A DNA stretch of 64,000 nucleotides from Nitrososphaerota archaeon (GTDB lineage Archaea; Thermoproteota; Nitrososphaeria; PSMU01), in contig PSMU01000002.1 in assembly GCA_040290255.1 (NCBI GenBank), positions 1 through 64,000 of the forward strand. Reading direction: 5' to 3'. Shown one piece after another: positions 27,944 to 36,636 of the stretch. The position numbers and the translations under genes were made by a program. The notes below the pieces were generated by a model. That model searched no databases. It worked only from the letters and a program-made list of their open reading frames with translations, and had not been told where the DNA came from. Positions within the stretch are counted from its first letter, which is position 1. Every line of letters begins with the position of its first letter.

Positions 27944-28990
27944 CTATAGCCTCTTGCCTGGGCCTGAGCATGAAGCTGGGCAAGGCAGGAGCGCCAGGCC
28001 CGTGAGGCCATATCCTATGCCCGACGTGGTCGTGCTGGGCACAACGTTAATCTTCAGCAGCGCTCCCATGAAGGCATCGCCCAGCGCGTGCGTCACCAGC
28101 ACGTTGACGCCCACCTTGGGGAAGTGGTAGTCTACGGCCCACGTATCCGTGGGCCCCGCCGTCACGGTCTGCAGCCCCACCCCATGGTTCGAGGGGTTGC
28201 CGTTGTGCCATGCATCGGTCCACATGCCCCCTATGAGGTGAAAGGCCGAGAACTTATTGGGCCCTATGTTCAGTAGGTAGAACCTGACCCTCTCGTTCTG
28301 TCTCACCGTTATCGTCTGCGGGAACTGGTGGCCGTTGAAAAGGTACATGGTGGGCTGAGCGTTGTGCAGGATGGCCTCCGCATCCCATCCATACGTTCCA
28401 TCTGGGTTCCGCGTTTTGTTCAGGTAGAGCTCGGATTGGATGATGACCATCTCCCTGTCCACGGGCGGCAGGGGGCTCCTCGTCGGCCTGACGATGATGG
28501 CGCCGAACATGCCGTTGTGCACATGCAGGTAAACCGGGCTGCCCTCACAATGATAGGCGAAGACGCCAGGATGTTGGGCCACGAAGCTATAGCTCCACGT
28601 CTGACCCGGAGGGATGTTCCTGAATTCGTTATCCACGGTCGCCAGCGCGGCGTGAATGTCGACGCTGTGGGCCTCCGTGTTGTTGGCCAGGTTTATCAGG
28701 GTGACCTGCACCGTATCGCCCTCATTCACCTCGATCGTCGGGCCAGGGATGGTCCCGTTGAAGGTCCAAGCGGTAAATACGACGTCATCGCTGACCCTCA
28801 CCGGATGCTCCTGAACGATAAGAGTGAAGTGGCGCACTTGAGGCTGCACCTGCAGGGGCGGGCTGGGGGTGCCCCCGCCCATGCTGAGCCCCAGCTGAAA
28901 TGAGAAGACGGCCGCGGCCCCCATCGCCGCCACGACGATGAGCGCGATGAGCAAATATGCCGGCCTGATGCCCTTCATCGTCCCTTTCAT
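27944..28990 (-). CDS. nirK: Copper-containing nitrite reductase (NirK-type two-domain multicopper protein)
   Basis: HSVDIH, YHC, HVHNGM, FHLIG, VTH: all T1/T2 Cu ligands plus catalytic Asp and His; N-terminal anchor. Confidence 0.8.
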   Translation of the reverse strand: MKGTMKGIRPAYLLIALIVVAAMGAAAVFSFQLGLSMGGGTPSPPLQVQPQVRHFTLIVQEHPVRVSDDVVFTAWTFNGTIPGPTIEVNEGDTVQVTLINLANNTEAHSVDIHAALATVDNEFRNIPPGQTWSYSFVAQHPGVFAYHCEGSPVYLHVHNGMFGAIIVRPTRSPLPPVDREMVIIQSELYLNKTRNPDGTYGWDAEAILHNAQPTMYLFNGHQFPQTITVRQNERVRFYLLNIGPNKFSAFHLIGGMWTDAWHNGNPSNHGVGLQTVTAGPTDTWAVDYHFPKVGVNVLVTHALGDAFMGALLKINVVPSTTTSGIGYGLTGLALLPCPASCSGPGKRL

Positions 28991-29016
28991 GCATTCCCGC
29001 CCTTAAATCCTTAAGA

Positions 29017-29064
29017 CGAACATGTTCGGGCAGAAGCCTTAAAAGAGGCGAACGCGTTCGTCTC
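29017..29064. promoter_or_regulatory. Paired palindromes CGAAC-N2-GTTCG in the nirK/regulator divergent promoter
   Basis: CGAACATGTTCG 29017-29028 and CGAACGCGTTCG 29049-29060, each next to a TTAA box. Confidence 0.7.
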
Positions 29065-29069
29065 ACAGG

Positions 29070-29687
29070 ATGCGCTCCCCTCAGGATGGGGGAGGCGATG
29101 TCTGGCTGCTGACGCTGGAGCTCGACCTGACAAAGTATGATAGGCCCGAGGAGGTCTGCACCGCGCTGGCCCTTGCCAGGCGCCTGGGCAACCTAGAGGT
29201 CATAAATCCTCTCTCCGAGGAGCTTCACTACATAAGGCTGGAGAGCACGGGCGAGGTGCTCTCCGTGAGGAGGAGAAGCCCGCAGTGCCCCTTCTACCGC
29301 CTCTCGCTTCAGGTACCCCTGCACGTCTCCAGCTGCGTGGTGAGCTCGAGCAAGGCCACGGCCACGCTTCTCTGCGGCCGCGCGGCGCTGAGCTCCCTTA
29401 AGCAGAAGCTGGATGCGCTGGGGGCTCCCTATCGCGTGCTGAGGGCAAGGAAGCTCAGGGCCGGGAGGGAGCTGGGCGCCTCGAGAAAGCAGTGGATGGC
29501 TCTTCTGGCGGCCTTCCAAATGGGGTACTTCGATACGCCCTCGAGGGCCAGCCTAAGGGAGGTGGCCGCCGCGCTGGGCAAATCGCCCTCGACCGTGAGC
29601 GAGCTGCTCAAGCGGGCGCTCCGGAATATCCTGGCCAACGAGCTGCTCAGGCTGCAGGAGAAGCAGCTGGAGGCCCGGCCGAGCTGA
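29070..29687 (+). CDS. Bat/HTH_10 family transcriptional regulator
   Basis: C-terminal KQ..AL.AAFQMGYFDTPSRASLREVAAALGKS.STVSELLKRA. Confidence 0.88.
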   Translation: MRSPQDGGGDVWLLTLELDLTKYDRPEEVCTALALARRLGNLEVINPLSEELHYIRLESTGEVLSVRRRSPQCPFYRLSLQVPLHVSSCVVSSSKATATLLCGRAALSSLKQKLDALGAPYRVLRARKLRAGRELGASRKQWMALLAAFQMGYFDTPSRASLREVAAALGKSPSTVSELLKRALRNILANELLRLQEKQLEARPS

Positions 29688-29694
29688 GCTCGCC

Positions 29695-30084
29695 CTATGG
29701 ATTGGGGGTCAAGCTGCCGTAGCAGCCAAGCCCGGGACAAAAGGCCGTGACGTTAAGGTGCGCCCCCTCCTTAGGCACGACAACGTAGCCAACGTCGAAG
29801 CTCCCATACTCCCAAGCATCGTGGCCGTTCCAGGTGACGGATAAGGCATACCTGCCCGGGGGAAGAGCGAGTTTAAAGCGCTCGCCGTCGATGAAGCCCA
29901 CATACCTTTTGCCCTGGACATCCGTGAAGGCCACCAAGACGAACTTTGCCCCTATCGGATTATATTCCGCGGATATGCTCCCCGAGACCTCCGCGACTGG
30001 GGCCGGGATGAGCGAGCTGGCCTGGAGGAGCAGGTAGGGCGCCAGGGCGAGCAGCAGCAGGGAAAGGATCAGCGGCCAGCGCAT
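29695..30084 (-). CDS. Hypothetical secreted/membrane-anchored protein
   Basis: Signal-like N-terminus MRWPLILSLLLL; beta-rich body. Confidence 0.6.
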   Translation of the reverse strand: MRWPLILSLLLLALAPYLLLQASSLIPAPVAEVSGSISAEYNPIGAKFVLVAFTDVQGKRYVGFIDGERFKLALPPGRYALSVTWNGHDAWEYGSFDVGYVVVPKEGAHLNVTAFCPGLGCYGSLTPNP

Positions 30085-30132
30085 GGCGCTTCCCCGAACG
30101 ATGCCCCAATCTGCCATTGCCAACATGCTGGG

Positions 30133-30732
30133 CTAGCCGGATGTGACCACTATGGTGCCCTTCATATATGCCGGGTGAAAGGTGCAGTGGTATGTGTAGT
30201 TGCCCGGCGCGCTGAGCACGACGCTGAACTGGTCGTTCAGCCCGAGCGTGCCCGAGCTCAGGCTGGCCGGCGAGCCAGCGCCGCTGGGCACCGTGAGGAA
30301 GGTCACGGTGTGCTCCGCCGTGTCCTTATTAGTCCATATGATCTTCGTGCAGGGCTTCACTTCCAGGGTGCTCGGCTCGAAGTTCAGCTTGCTGTTCGTG
30401 CCCGTGCCCGGCGGGATACTTACGGCGACGGTGGCCACGATGGAGCTGCAGCCGGAGGGCGTGACACCTCCACCTCCACCTCCGCCTGAAGGAGGCCCCC
30501 CGCCGCCCGGCGTGACGCTCACCTGCAGCCTGGGCTGCAGGCCCGGCACGAGCAGCATGGATGCTACGCCCACAGGAATGAAGATCGCGAGCAGCACCAA
30601 CAGCGCCAACGCGGCCCTCGTCTGCAGCTCATGCGCACGCCTCCTCCTCTCCTCCCTCTCCTTCTCGAGCAGCGCCATCCTCCTCTCCAGCTCCTCGAGG
30701 CGTTTCCTCAGCTCCACCAGCTGGTCGCTCAT
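30133..30732 (-). CDS. Plastocyanin-like blue copper protein (coiled coil, TM, Gly/Pro linker)
   Basis: FEPSTLEV, WTNKDTAEHTVT, GNYTYHCTFHPAYMKG. Confidence 0.9.
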   Translation of the reverse strand: MSDQLVELRKRLEELERRMALLEKEREERRRRAHELQTRAALALLVLLAIFIPVGVASMLLVPGLQPRLQVSVTPGGGGPPSGGGGGGGVTPSGCSSIVATVAVSIPPGTGTNSKLNFEPSTLEVKPCTKIIWTNKDTAEHTVTFLTVPSGAGSPASLSSGTLGLNDQFSVVLSAPGNYTYHCTFHPAYMKGTIVVTSG

Positions 30733-30736
30733 GTCC

Positions 30737-31003
30737 CTAATGGAGTATCGAGGCGGTCCATATAAGCACCAGGTCAAGGGCGAAGAAGAGCGTTATGAAG
30801 ATAATGGCCCTTATCCAGGGGTGCTCCTCAAGAAGCCTAAGGTAAAAGGCTGCTATCGTGGCGAGGGAGGCGAGGCCCAAGATGGCCAAGACGAAGTTTC
30901 TCAGCGCGATGCTTGTCCCGCTCAGCGAGAGGCTGCTGTAGGCCATCAGAAGGACGATGGCCACCAGGAAGGCCCAAGTCGATAGCAGCAGGCTTCTCTT
31001 CAT
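30737..31003 (-). CDS. Heme-copper oxidase subunit IV-like protein
   Basis: 88 aa, 3 TM, AFYLRL..E; immediately downstream of subunit I/III. Confidence 0.7.
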   Translation of the reverse strand: MKRSLLLSTWAFLVAIVLLMAYSSLSLSGTSIALRNFVLAILGLASLATIAAFYLRLLEEHPWIRAIIFITLFFALDLVLIWTASILH

Positions 31004-31005
31004 GC

Positions 31006-33471
31006 CTACATCAGGTACAGCAGCGGGAAGACCGCCACGCCCACCAGCACCACCACGCCCCAGAAGAGCGAGAAGAGCTCTATCGTGAGGTGGTTGCGCT
31101 CGCTGTAGCCTCCCCTGAGCGCCTTTGCCAGGAAGTAGGCCAGGATCGAGCTGCCCGCGATCACGTGCGCGAGCCCTACCGCGCTCATGAAGTAGAAGGT
31201 CGTGCCGGGAAGGCCGCTGCTGGGCAGCAGGGGCACGGACCTGGAGGCGAGCTGGGCCCATTCTGCCAGCGTGAGGCCTATCGAGGTGAGCCCCAGCACC
31301 AGCGTGCCCAGCAGGTAGGAGGCGAAGGCACCCCTCTTGCCCTCCCTGATGCTCAGGTAGGCCAGCAGCATGGTGAGGCCGCTGGTGAGCAGCGCTATAG
31401 CGTTGGCGGCCCCCAGCCACACGTTGTGCACGCTCCCTGGCGGGGGCCAGATGGGGACGTTGAGTCGTATGAAGAGGTAGCTCGCCGCGACCGCCGTGAA
31501 GAAGAGAAGGTCGGAGGCCAGGAAGAGCCAGATGCCCACCCTAAAGCGCCAGGCGCTCGGCGGCATGCCGCTGGGCCTCGTCAGGGGCCACTCTTCAGGA
31601 TCCTCATCCTCCTCGTGCAGCCTAAAGCTGTCGTGCAGGTCATCGTAGGCCCAGCCGAGGAGTCCCCAGAGGGCGAAGAGCAGGCCAAGAAAGAGGATCG
31701 AGGGGCCGGGCAGCGTGCTCAGCGTAGCGATCCCTAGGAAGGTGAAGAAGGCCCCCAGCGAGATGAGGAAGGGCCTGCTGGACAGCGGCGTCCCCGGCCG
31801 CCCATGAAGCGGAAGCGGTGGGGCGGAGGCCCCGTCCGCGGCGGGTGGGAGCGGCTTTAGCGCATAGACCCTCGGATAGTTCTCGATGTAGCTCCTTACA
31901 TCGCCCGACCACTCGGGGGTTGCCAGATTCCAGGGATTATAGCCCACGTAGGGCCCCCTGCGCCACGTCCAGAGCAGCTGATACAGCAGGAGCGCCTGCG
32001 TTAGGCCGAAGGCCCAGGCCCCTATCGTTTCGATCGTATTGAAGCCCAGGGCTCCCTTGGTGGCCTCAAGAAGGGGATCCACCTCGGGCAGGTACGTAAA
32101 GACCCGCCTCGGCATATCGAGCAGGAAGTTCATGGGGAAGAAGATGAGGTTGAAGGTGATAAAAGAGAGGAGGAAGTGAAGCTTGCCCAGCCCCTCATTA
32201 TACATGCGGCCCGTCCAGCGGGGCAGGTAGAAGTAGATGGCCCCAAAGAGGCCGAAGATGCCCGCCCCCGGCATAATGTAGTGAAAGTGGCTCACCACTT
32301 GGAAGGTGCCCCTGAGCTGCTGGTCTAGGAAGACGGAGGAGTCGAAAACGCCCGTAATGCCCCCAACTATGAAGAGCGCCAGGGCGCCCAATGCGAAGAG
32401 CATGGGGGTTCTGAACTTTATCGCCCCTCCCACCACCGTCAGGATCGTGCATATCACTATGAGGCCCGAGGGGATGGTGTTCATCTCCGTATTGATGGTG
32501 AAGAACTCCCTCTCGAAGAGGTTTATGCCCGTCAGGAACATGTGGTGGCCGTAGATCGAGTAGCTGAAGGGTATGAGGCCCAGGCCTAGGGCAAAGAGGA
32601 CGACGCGCTTCGCGTAGAAGGGCCTGCCGGAGAAGGCCTGCACTATTTCGGCCACGGCGCCCAGGGCGGGCAGGACCACCACGTAGACCTCGGGATGGCC
32701 AAACCACCACCACATATGAGCCCATAGGACGGAGCTGCCGCCCGGGTTAAGGAAGTACAGCGTGCCCAGCGTCCTATCGGTTAACAGCATCAGCGTTCCG
32801 GCAAAGATGGAGGGGACGGAGAAGATGAGAAGCACCTGAGTAAACAGCTGGAACCAGGTGAGCATAGGCACCTTCTGCCACGTCATGCCCGGCGCCCTCA
32901 TCACGAGCACTGTCGCGATGAGGTTCACGGTGCCCATGGTGAGCGATATCCAGTCCATCAGCAGGCCCAGGGCGGCGAGGCTCTCACCAGGCCCCGGCAT
33001 GAACTGAAGGCTGTTGAGCGGCGCATAGTTGGTCCAGCCCGCGGCGCCCGCGCCTCCCGGCACGAAGAAGCCCGAGAGCAGCAGCAGGCCGCCAAAGGCG
33101 TACATCCAATAGCTGAAGGCGTTAAAGCGTGGGAAGGCTACGTCCTTGGCCCCTATTTGCAGCGGGATGAAATAGTTCGCGAAGGCAAGGCCCAAGGGCG
33201 TCAGGAAGAAGAGGACCATGATTAGGCCATGCATGGAGATGGCCTGATTATAGGTGCCCCCCGTGAGCAGCGTCGTGCCGGGGTAGGCCAGCTGCGTCCT
33301 GAAGATCATCGCCAAAAGCCCGCCCACGAGCAGGTACCAGAGCGCCGTGACGAAGTAGAGCATGCCCACGTCCTTGTGGTCCGTGGTGAAGAGCCACCTT
33401 GCTATCCAAGAAACGGCCTCGCCGTATCCCTCCCTCTCCGGCTCGCGTTGCTCGTGCATGCTAGCTCCCAT
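31006..33471 (-). CDS. coxA: Heme-copper oxidase subunit I fused to subunit III (SoxM-like, A-family)
   Basis: TTDHKD, MHG, DVAFPRFN, WFGHPEVY, HHMF, HFHY, MPRR; C-terminal subunit III (FLASD..FF, LLTSG, LAHV). Confidence 0.93.
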   Translation of the reverse strand: MGASMHEQREPEREGYGEAVSWIARWLFTTDHKDVGMLYFVTALWYLLVGGLLAMIFRTQLAYPGTTLLTGGTYNQAISMHGLIMVLFFLTPLGLAFANYFIPLQIGAKDVAFPRFNAFSYWMYAFGGLLLLSGFFVPGGAGAAGWTNYAPLNSLQFMPGPGESLAALGLLMDWISLTMGTVNLIATVLVMRAPGMTWQKVPMLTWFQLFTQVLLIFSVPSIFAGTLMLLTDRTLGTLYFLNPGGSSVLWAHMWWWFGHPEVYVVVLPALGAVAEIVQAFSGRPFYAKRVVLFALGLGLIPFSYSIYGHHMFLTGINLFEREFFTINTEMNTIPSGLIVICTILTVVGGAIKFRTPMLFALGALALFIVGGITGVFDSSVFLDQQLRGTFQVVSHFHYIMPGAGIFGLFGAIYFYLPRWTGRMYNEGLGKLHFLLSFITFNLIFFPMNFLLDMPRRVFTYLPEVDPLLEATKGALGFNTIETIGAWAFGLTQALLLYQLLWTWRRGPYVGYNPWNLATPEWSGDVRSYIENYPRVYALKPLPPAADGASAPPLPLHGRPGTPLSSRPFLISLGAFFTFLGIATLSTLPGPSILFLGLLFALWGLLGWAYDDLHDSFRLHEEDEDPEEWPLTRPSGMPPSAWRFRVGIWLFLASDLLFFTAVAASYLFIRLNVPIWPPPGSVHNVWLGAANAIALLTSGLTMLLAYLSIREGKRGAFASYLLGTLVLGLTSIGLTLAEWAQLASRSVPLLPSSGLPGTTFYFMSAVGLAHVIAGSSILAYFLAKALRGGYSERNHLTIELFSLFWGVVVLVGVAVFPLLYLM

Positions 33472-34120
33472 CCCCGCCCATCAGAAGCGCGAACTGCGCC
33501 TGGCTCACCACGCTCAGCCTGGCTATCATGGTCGCGTGGCCCGCGCCGCAGAGCTCAAAGCACTGAATGGTGAAGTTCTGGCCCACCAGCGATGCCGGCG
33601 CGATGAACCATACGGTATTGAACCTGCCCGGTATGGCGTCGGTCTTGAGCCTGAAGTAGGGGATGCCGAACTGATGATAAACGTCGGAGGAGGTCACGTT
33701 GAGGATGACGGGCACCCCGGCGGGCACGATGAGCAGGTTCTGAAGGGTTTGGCCGTTGGGGTAGGTGAAGTTGAAGTAGAACTGATGGCACGTTACGCGT
33801 ATGATCTCCGCCTTGGCCGAGGAAGGAGGCGTCTCATATATGACTATGGCGCTCACGGTCTCGAGCCCCACCGCCAAGAGCACTAAGCTCATGAGCACAA
33901 TGACGATTATGGGCCCCCTCCAGTTATTCCTGTCCTCCCGCATCTTCTCCTCGGGAGGGACATCTTTATCGCCCTTGGCCCTATACCTGAGCAGGACGTA
34001 AAGGAAGACCCCGAAGGTGGTGAGGCCCGCGATCCAGCCCAAGATGGCATACCATGCATAGACGGAATACCAGAGGTCTCGTGAAAACGGAAGCGCCTCT
34101 AGGGGGGCTTCCGCCTGCAT
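33461..34120 (-). CDS. coxB: Heme-copper oxidase subunit II with CuA
   Basis: Two TM; DVYHQF.IP, DAIPG, CFELCGAGHATM. Confidence 0.93.
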   Translation of the reverse strand: MQAEAPLEALPFSRDLWYSVYAWYAILGWIAGLTTFGVFLYVLLRYRAKGDKDVPPEEKMREDRNNWRGPIIVIVLMSLVLLAVGLETVSAIVIYETPPSSAKAEIIRVTCHQFYFNFTYPNGQTLQNLLIVPAGVPVILNVTSSDVYHQFGIPYFRLKTDAIPGRFNTVWFIAPASLVGQNFTIQCFELCGAGHATMIARLSVVSQAQFALLMGGDGS

Positions 34121-34129
34121 TATGGGGCG

Positions 34130-34984
34130 CTACAGCGCGATGCGTATAAGCTTTTGCCTAACGTATTCGAGGCCGGAGCCGCGCGAGCCCGGCGCCCACT
34201 GCCGGCGCGTCGAGGCCCTTGCCGCCCTCGCCAACTTCCAGAGCAGCACCCCGCCAAGCCCGGCCGCGCCCAAGAAGAGCGCCACTTCGGCCACATACAC
34301 GGCCGTAGGAGGCCTGGCGGCGCTGAGCCCCAGGTCCGAGGAGCGGTCGGAGAGGTAAAGCAGGCCGCTGTAGGAGGATATGCCGAGTTGGGCGAGCAGG
34401 GGATCGCCCGAGAGCGTGCCCACAAGCTCCAGGAGCAGGCCCAGGCTTCGGTCGAAGAAGGCTAAGAGCGTCGCGCTTCTTCCTCCAACTCCCGAGCTGG
34501 CCTCCAGGGCCATCGAGCTGTAGGAGCCTCCGCCCCCAGGGGGGCTGAGCGTGGCCCCATATAGGCTGAGGAGGCTAACATTGAGGCCGCTCTTCAGCAG
34601 CGAGGAGAGCTGGCTTGCGTTCCGGAGGACCGAGGGCGAGAGGAGGAAGATGGAAGGCCTTCCTTCCACGCTAAGCCCCCAGGGCGTAAGCCTGGCGGTG
34701 AAGCTCCTGGCCCGCGTTACGTTTATGCTTCCACCGGGCGATAGCGCTCGAAAGGTCGCGTCAACCCTTACAAGCTCTCCGCCCAGGGGAGTGTAGAGCA
34801 GGCGAAGCTGGGGCCTCGGCAGGGCCATGGACGCGGAGCCGTTCAGCTGCACCGTGGGCCCGGGCGAGGTCATATCGCTGTACACTACGTAGAAGGGCCG
34901 CCGCGGCTCCTGGCCCAGGGCCCCGCCCTGCGCAATTATCAGCAGGCTCAAGCATAGCAGAAGCCTCAGCAGCCCGCGCATCAT
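34130..34984 (-). CDS. Hypothetical exported protein with C-terminal TM
   Basis: Signal peptide and C-terminal anchor; first gene of the oxidase operon. Confidence 0.6.
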   Translation of the reverse strand: MMRGLLRLLLCLSLLIIAQGGALGQEPRRPFYVVYSDMTSPGPTVQLNGSASMALPRPQLRLLYTPLGGELVRVDATFRALSPGGSINVTRARSFTARLTPWGLSVEGRPSIFLLSPSVLRNASQLSSLLKSGLNVSLLSLYGATLSPPGGGGSYSSMALEASSGVGGRSATLLAFFDRSLGLLLELVGTLSGDPLLAQLGISSYSGLLYLSDRSSDLGLSAARPPTAVYVAEVALFLGAAGLGGVLLWKLARAARASTRRQWAPGSRGSGLEYVRQKLIRIAL

Positions 34985-35028
34985 AAATTTCCGCGGGGCC
35001 TGGCCAACATAAGGCTTCCGCGCGTATT

Positions 35029-35050
35029 TCGAACTCGATATCGAGCTCGA
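35029..35050. promoter_or_regulatory. 22-bp near-perfect palindrome upstream of the oxidase operon
   Basis: TCGAACTCGATATCGAGCTCGA, one mismatched pair. Confidence 0.5.
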
Positions 35051-35094
35051 TAGCCAGCCTTAAGTGCTCGTTCCCCCCAAGGCCCTGGGGGCCC

Positions 35095-35412
35095 TTGCCC
35101 AGGCTGCGCGTCATCAAGGTGCTCGAGGGGGAACGCGAGGCCAAGACGATACCGCTCACGGAGCAGGATGTGAAGGGCTCCCCCTTGCTGAGGCGCATCA
35201 TAGAGGAGGGCGATCGCTACTTTAGGAAGATGGAGGATAGGCTGGGCGCGTGGTTCTCCCCGCCCACCATCTCCGTCGCGGAGAGCGACATCGAGCAGCT
35301 GGAGCAGCTTGGCCTACAGCGATGGCAGCTCGGCATGTCCAACATCCTCTGCCTCCACTATAATGACTGCTTTTATCTGGTGTGGATAGAGGGGCACGCG
35401 AAGTACAAGTAG
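35095..35412 (+). CDS. Hypothetical protein
   Basis: 105 aa ORF with typical codon usage and an upstream TTAA box. Confidence 0.5.
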   Translation: MPRLRVIKVLEGEREAKTIPLTEQDVKGSPLLRRIIEEGDRYFRKMEDRLGAWFSPPTISVAESDIEQLEQLGLQRWQLGMSNILCLHYNDCFYLVWIEGHAKYK

Positions 35413-35452
35413 GCTCGGCAACGCATATATCGTGGGCGCGCCGCATGATATT

Positions 35453-36277
35453 ATGCCCAGGCCCGGCCTCAGCGTTGCGGCCGCGCTCGTCGCCTTGGGC
35501 CTAGGCTCCTCGCTTCTGGCCATGCTGTGGTGGTGGCTGGTGCAGCGCGAGCTGGCGCTTCTTGTCGGCGATATGGCCCAGCAGCTGAGGGCCCTGGCCC
35601 TGGCCTTCGCCTTTTCGTTCATGGCCTCGCTGGGCAGCCTTGCGCTGGGGCTCGCGCTATTGCGGCGCTACATCAGGGGGGCCAGGCACTCGTCGCCCGA
35701 GCTGAATGTGCTTGCCCTGGCGCTGGGGGATGGCGCATCCTCCAGGCTGGGCGCGCTCATGGCAGCTGTGTACGGATTCCTCTACGCCTACTTCACTGGC
35801 CTCATCGTGATAAGGCCGGGCATCGACTTCGCGGCCACATACGGCTATGCTGGCCCCACGTGGTTGGCCACGCCCTGCTGCGGGCCCTTCGGCTCCGTGC
35901 CCACCTTCATAATAGCCCTGCCGGCGCTGGACACCGGCTTTGTGCTGGTGCCCCTCAACCTGCTGCTGTTCGCGCTGCTGGCCTATCTGGTGAGCATAAA
36001 CGCTACATCGCTGGCCTATGCGCTGAGGGCGAGCAGGGGCGTCAAGGGGGGCTGGCTCGCTTCCCTAGGCGCGGCCCTGGGCCTCGCGGCCGGCTGCCCC
36101 AGCTGCGCCTCGCTCATGGCGACTTGGTTCCTAGGGAGCTTGGGCGGGACGCTGGCTGGCCTCGTGATCGGCCAGCTCTGGGCGCCGCTCATCCTTGCCT
36201 CGCTGCTCCCCCTCATCCTCTCTCCCTATCTCGCGGCCAGGGCCCTGCTGAAGAGCGGGGCCTGTAGGCTAGGCTAA
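35453..36277 (+). CDS. Cys-motif membrane protein (possible copper handling)
   Basis: Multi-TM; PCCGP and AGCPSCA motifs. Confidence 0.65.
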   Translation: MPRPGLSVAAALVALGLGSSLLAMLWWWLVQRELALLVGDMAQQLRALALAFAFSFMASLGSLALGLALLRRYIRGARHSSPELNVLALALGDGASSRLGALMAAVYGFLYAYFTGLIVIRPGIDFAATYGYAGPTWLATPCCGPFGSVPTFIIALPALDTGFVLVPLNLLLFALLAYLVSINATSLAYALRASRGVKGGWLASLGAALGLAAGCPSCASLMATWFLGSLGGTLAGLVIGQLWAPLILASLLPLILSPYLAARALLKSGACRLG

Positions 36278-36304
36278 GAGGCAAAAAAAGAGAGTGGTTG
36301 TAAG

Positions 36305-36532
36305 CTAGGTGGATTGCGCTGCCTGGACGACCTCTCCCACCGCAAAGCGGGGGGCCACGTTGGTGATCTTGATGTGCACCTTCTGGCCTGGCTTCGTGTT
36401 GGGCACGAAGATGACGAAGCCCCTTATGCGGGCCACGCCATCCCCCCTCCTGCTGACTTCGACGATTTCAACGTCGTATTCTTGGTCCTTCTCCACCGGC
36501 TTGGGCCCAAAGAAGGAAGGGCCCCTTCGCAT
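36305..36532 (-). CDS. Single TRAM domain RNA-binding protein
   Basis: PKPVE...EYDVEI...SRRGDGVARIRGFVIFVP.TKPG. Confidence 0.9.
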   Translation of the reverse strand: MRRGPSFFGPKPVEKDQEYDVEIVEVSRRGDGVARIRGFVIFVPNTKPGQKVHIKITNVAPRFAVGEVVQAAQST

Positions 36533-36636
36533 CCCGAACCTACCTTCGTCGCTCGTTCTCGTACACCTCGTCCGTTGACAGAGTACCACGCCCTCCCCTT
36601 ATAAACGTATTGGCCCCTTCACATGAGGGAAGAGGC

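Noticed and set aside
29017-29060. LexA/SOS (Cheo) box
   Set aside because: The spacer is 2 nt rather than 4, the host is archaeal, and an adjacent HTH_10 regulator is the simpler explanation
30466-30510. CCACCT/CCG short tandem repeats
   Set aside because: They encode the Gly/Pro linker of the blue copper protein; not a separate repeat element
31003-31420. N-terminal 139 aa of the 227-aa ORF 30737-31420
   Set aside because: It overlaps coxA in another frame; only the last 88 codons from ATG 31003 look like a real subunit IV
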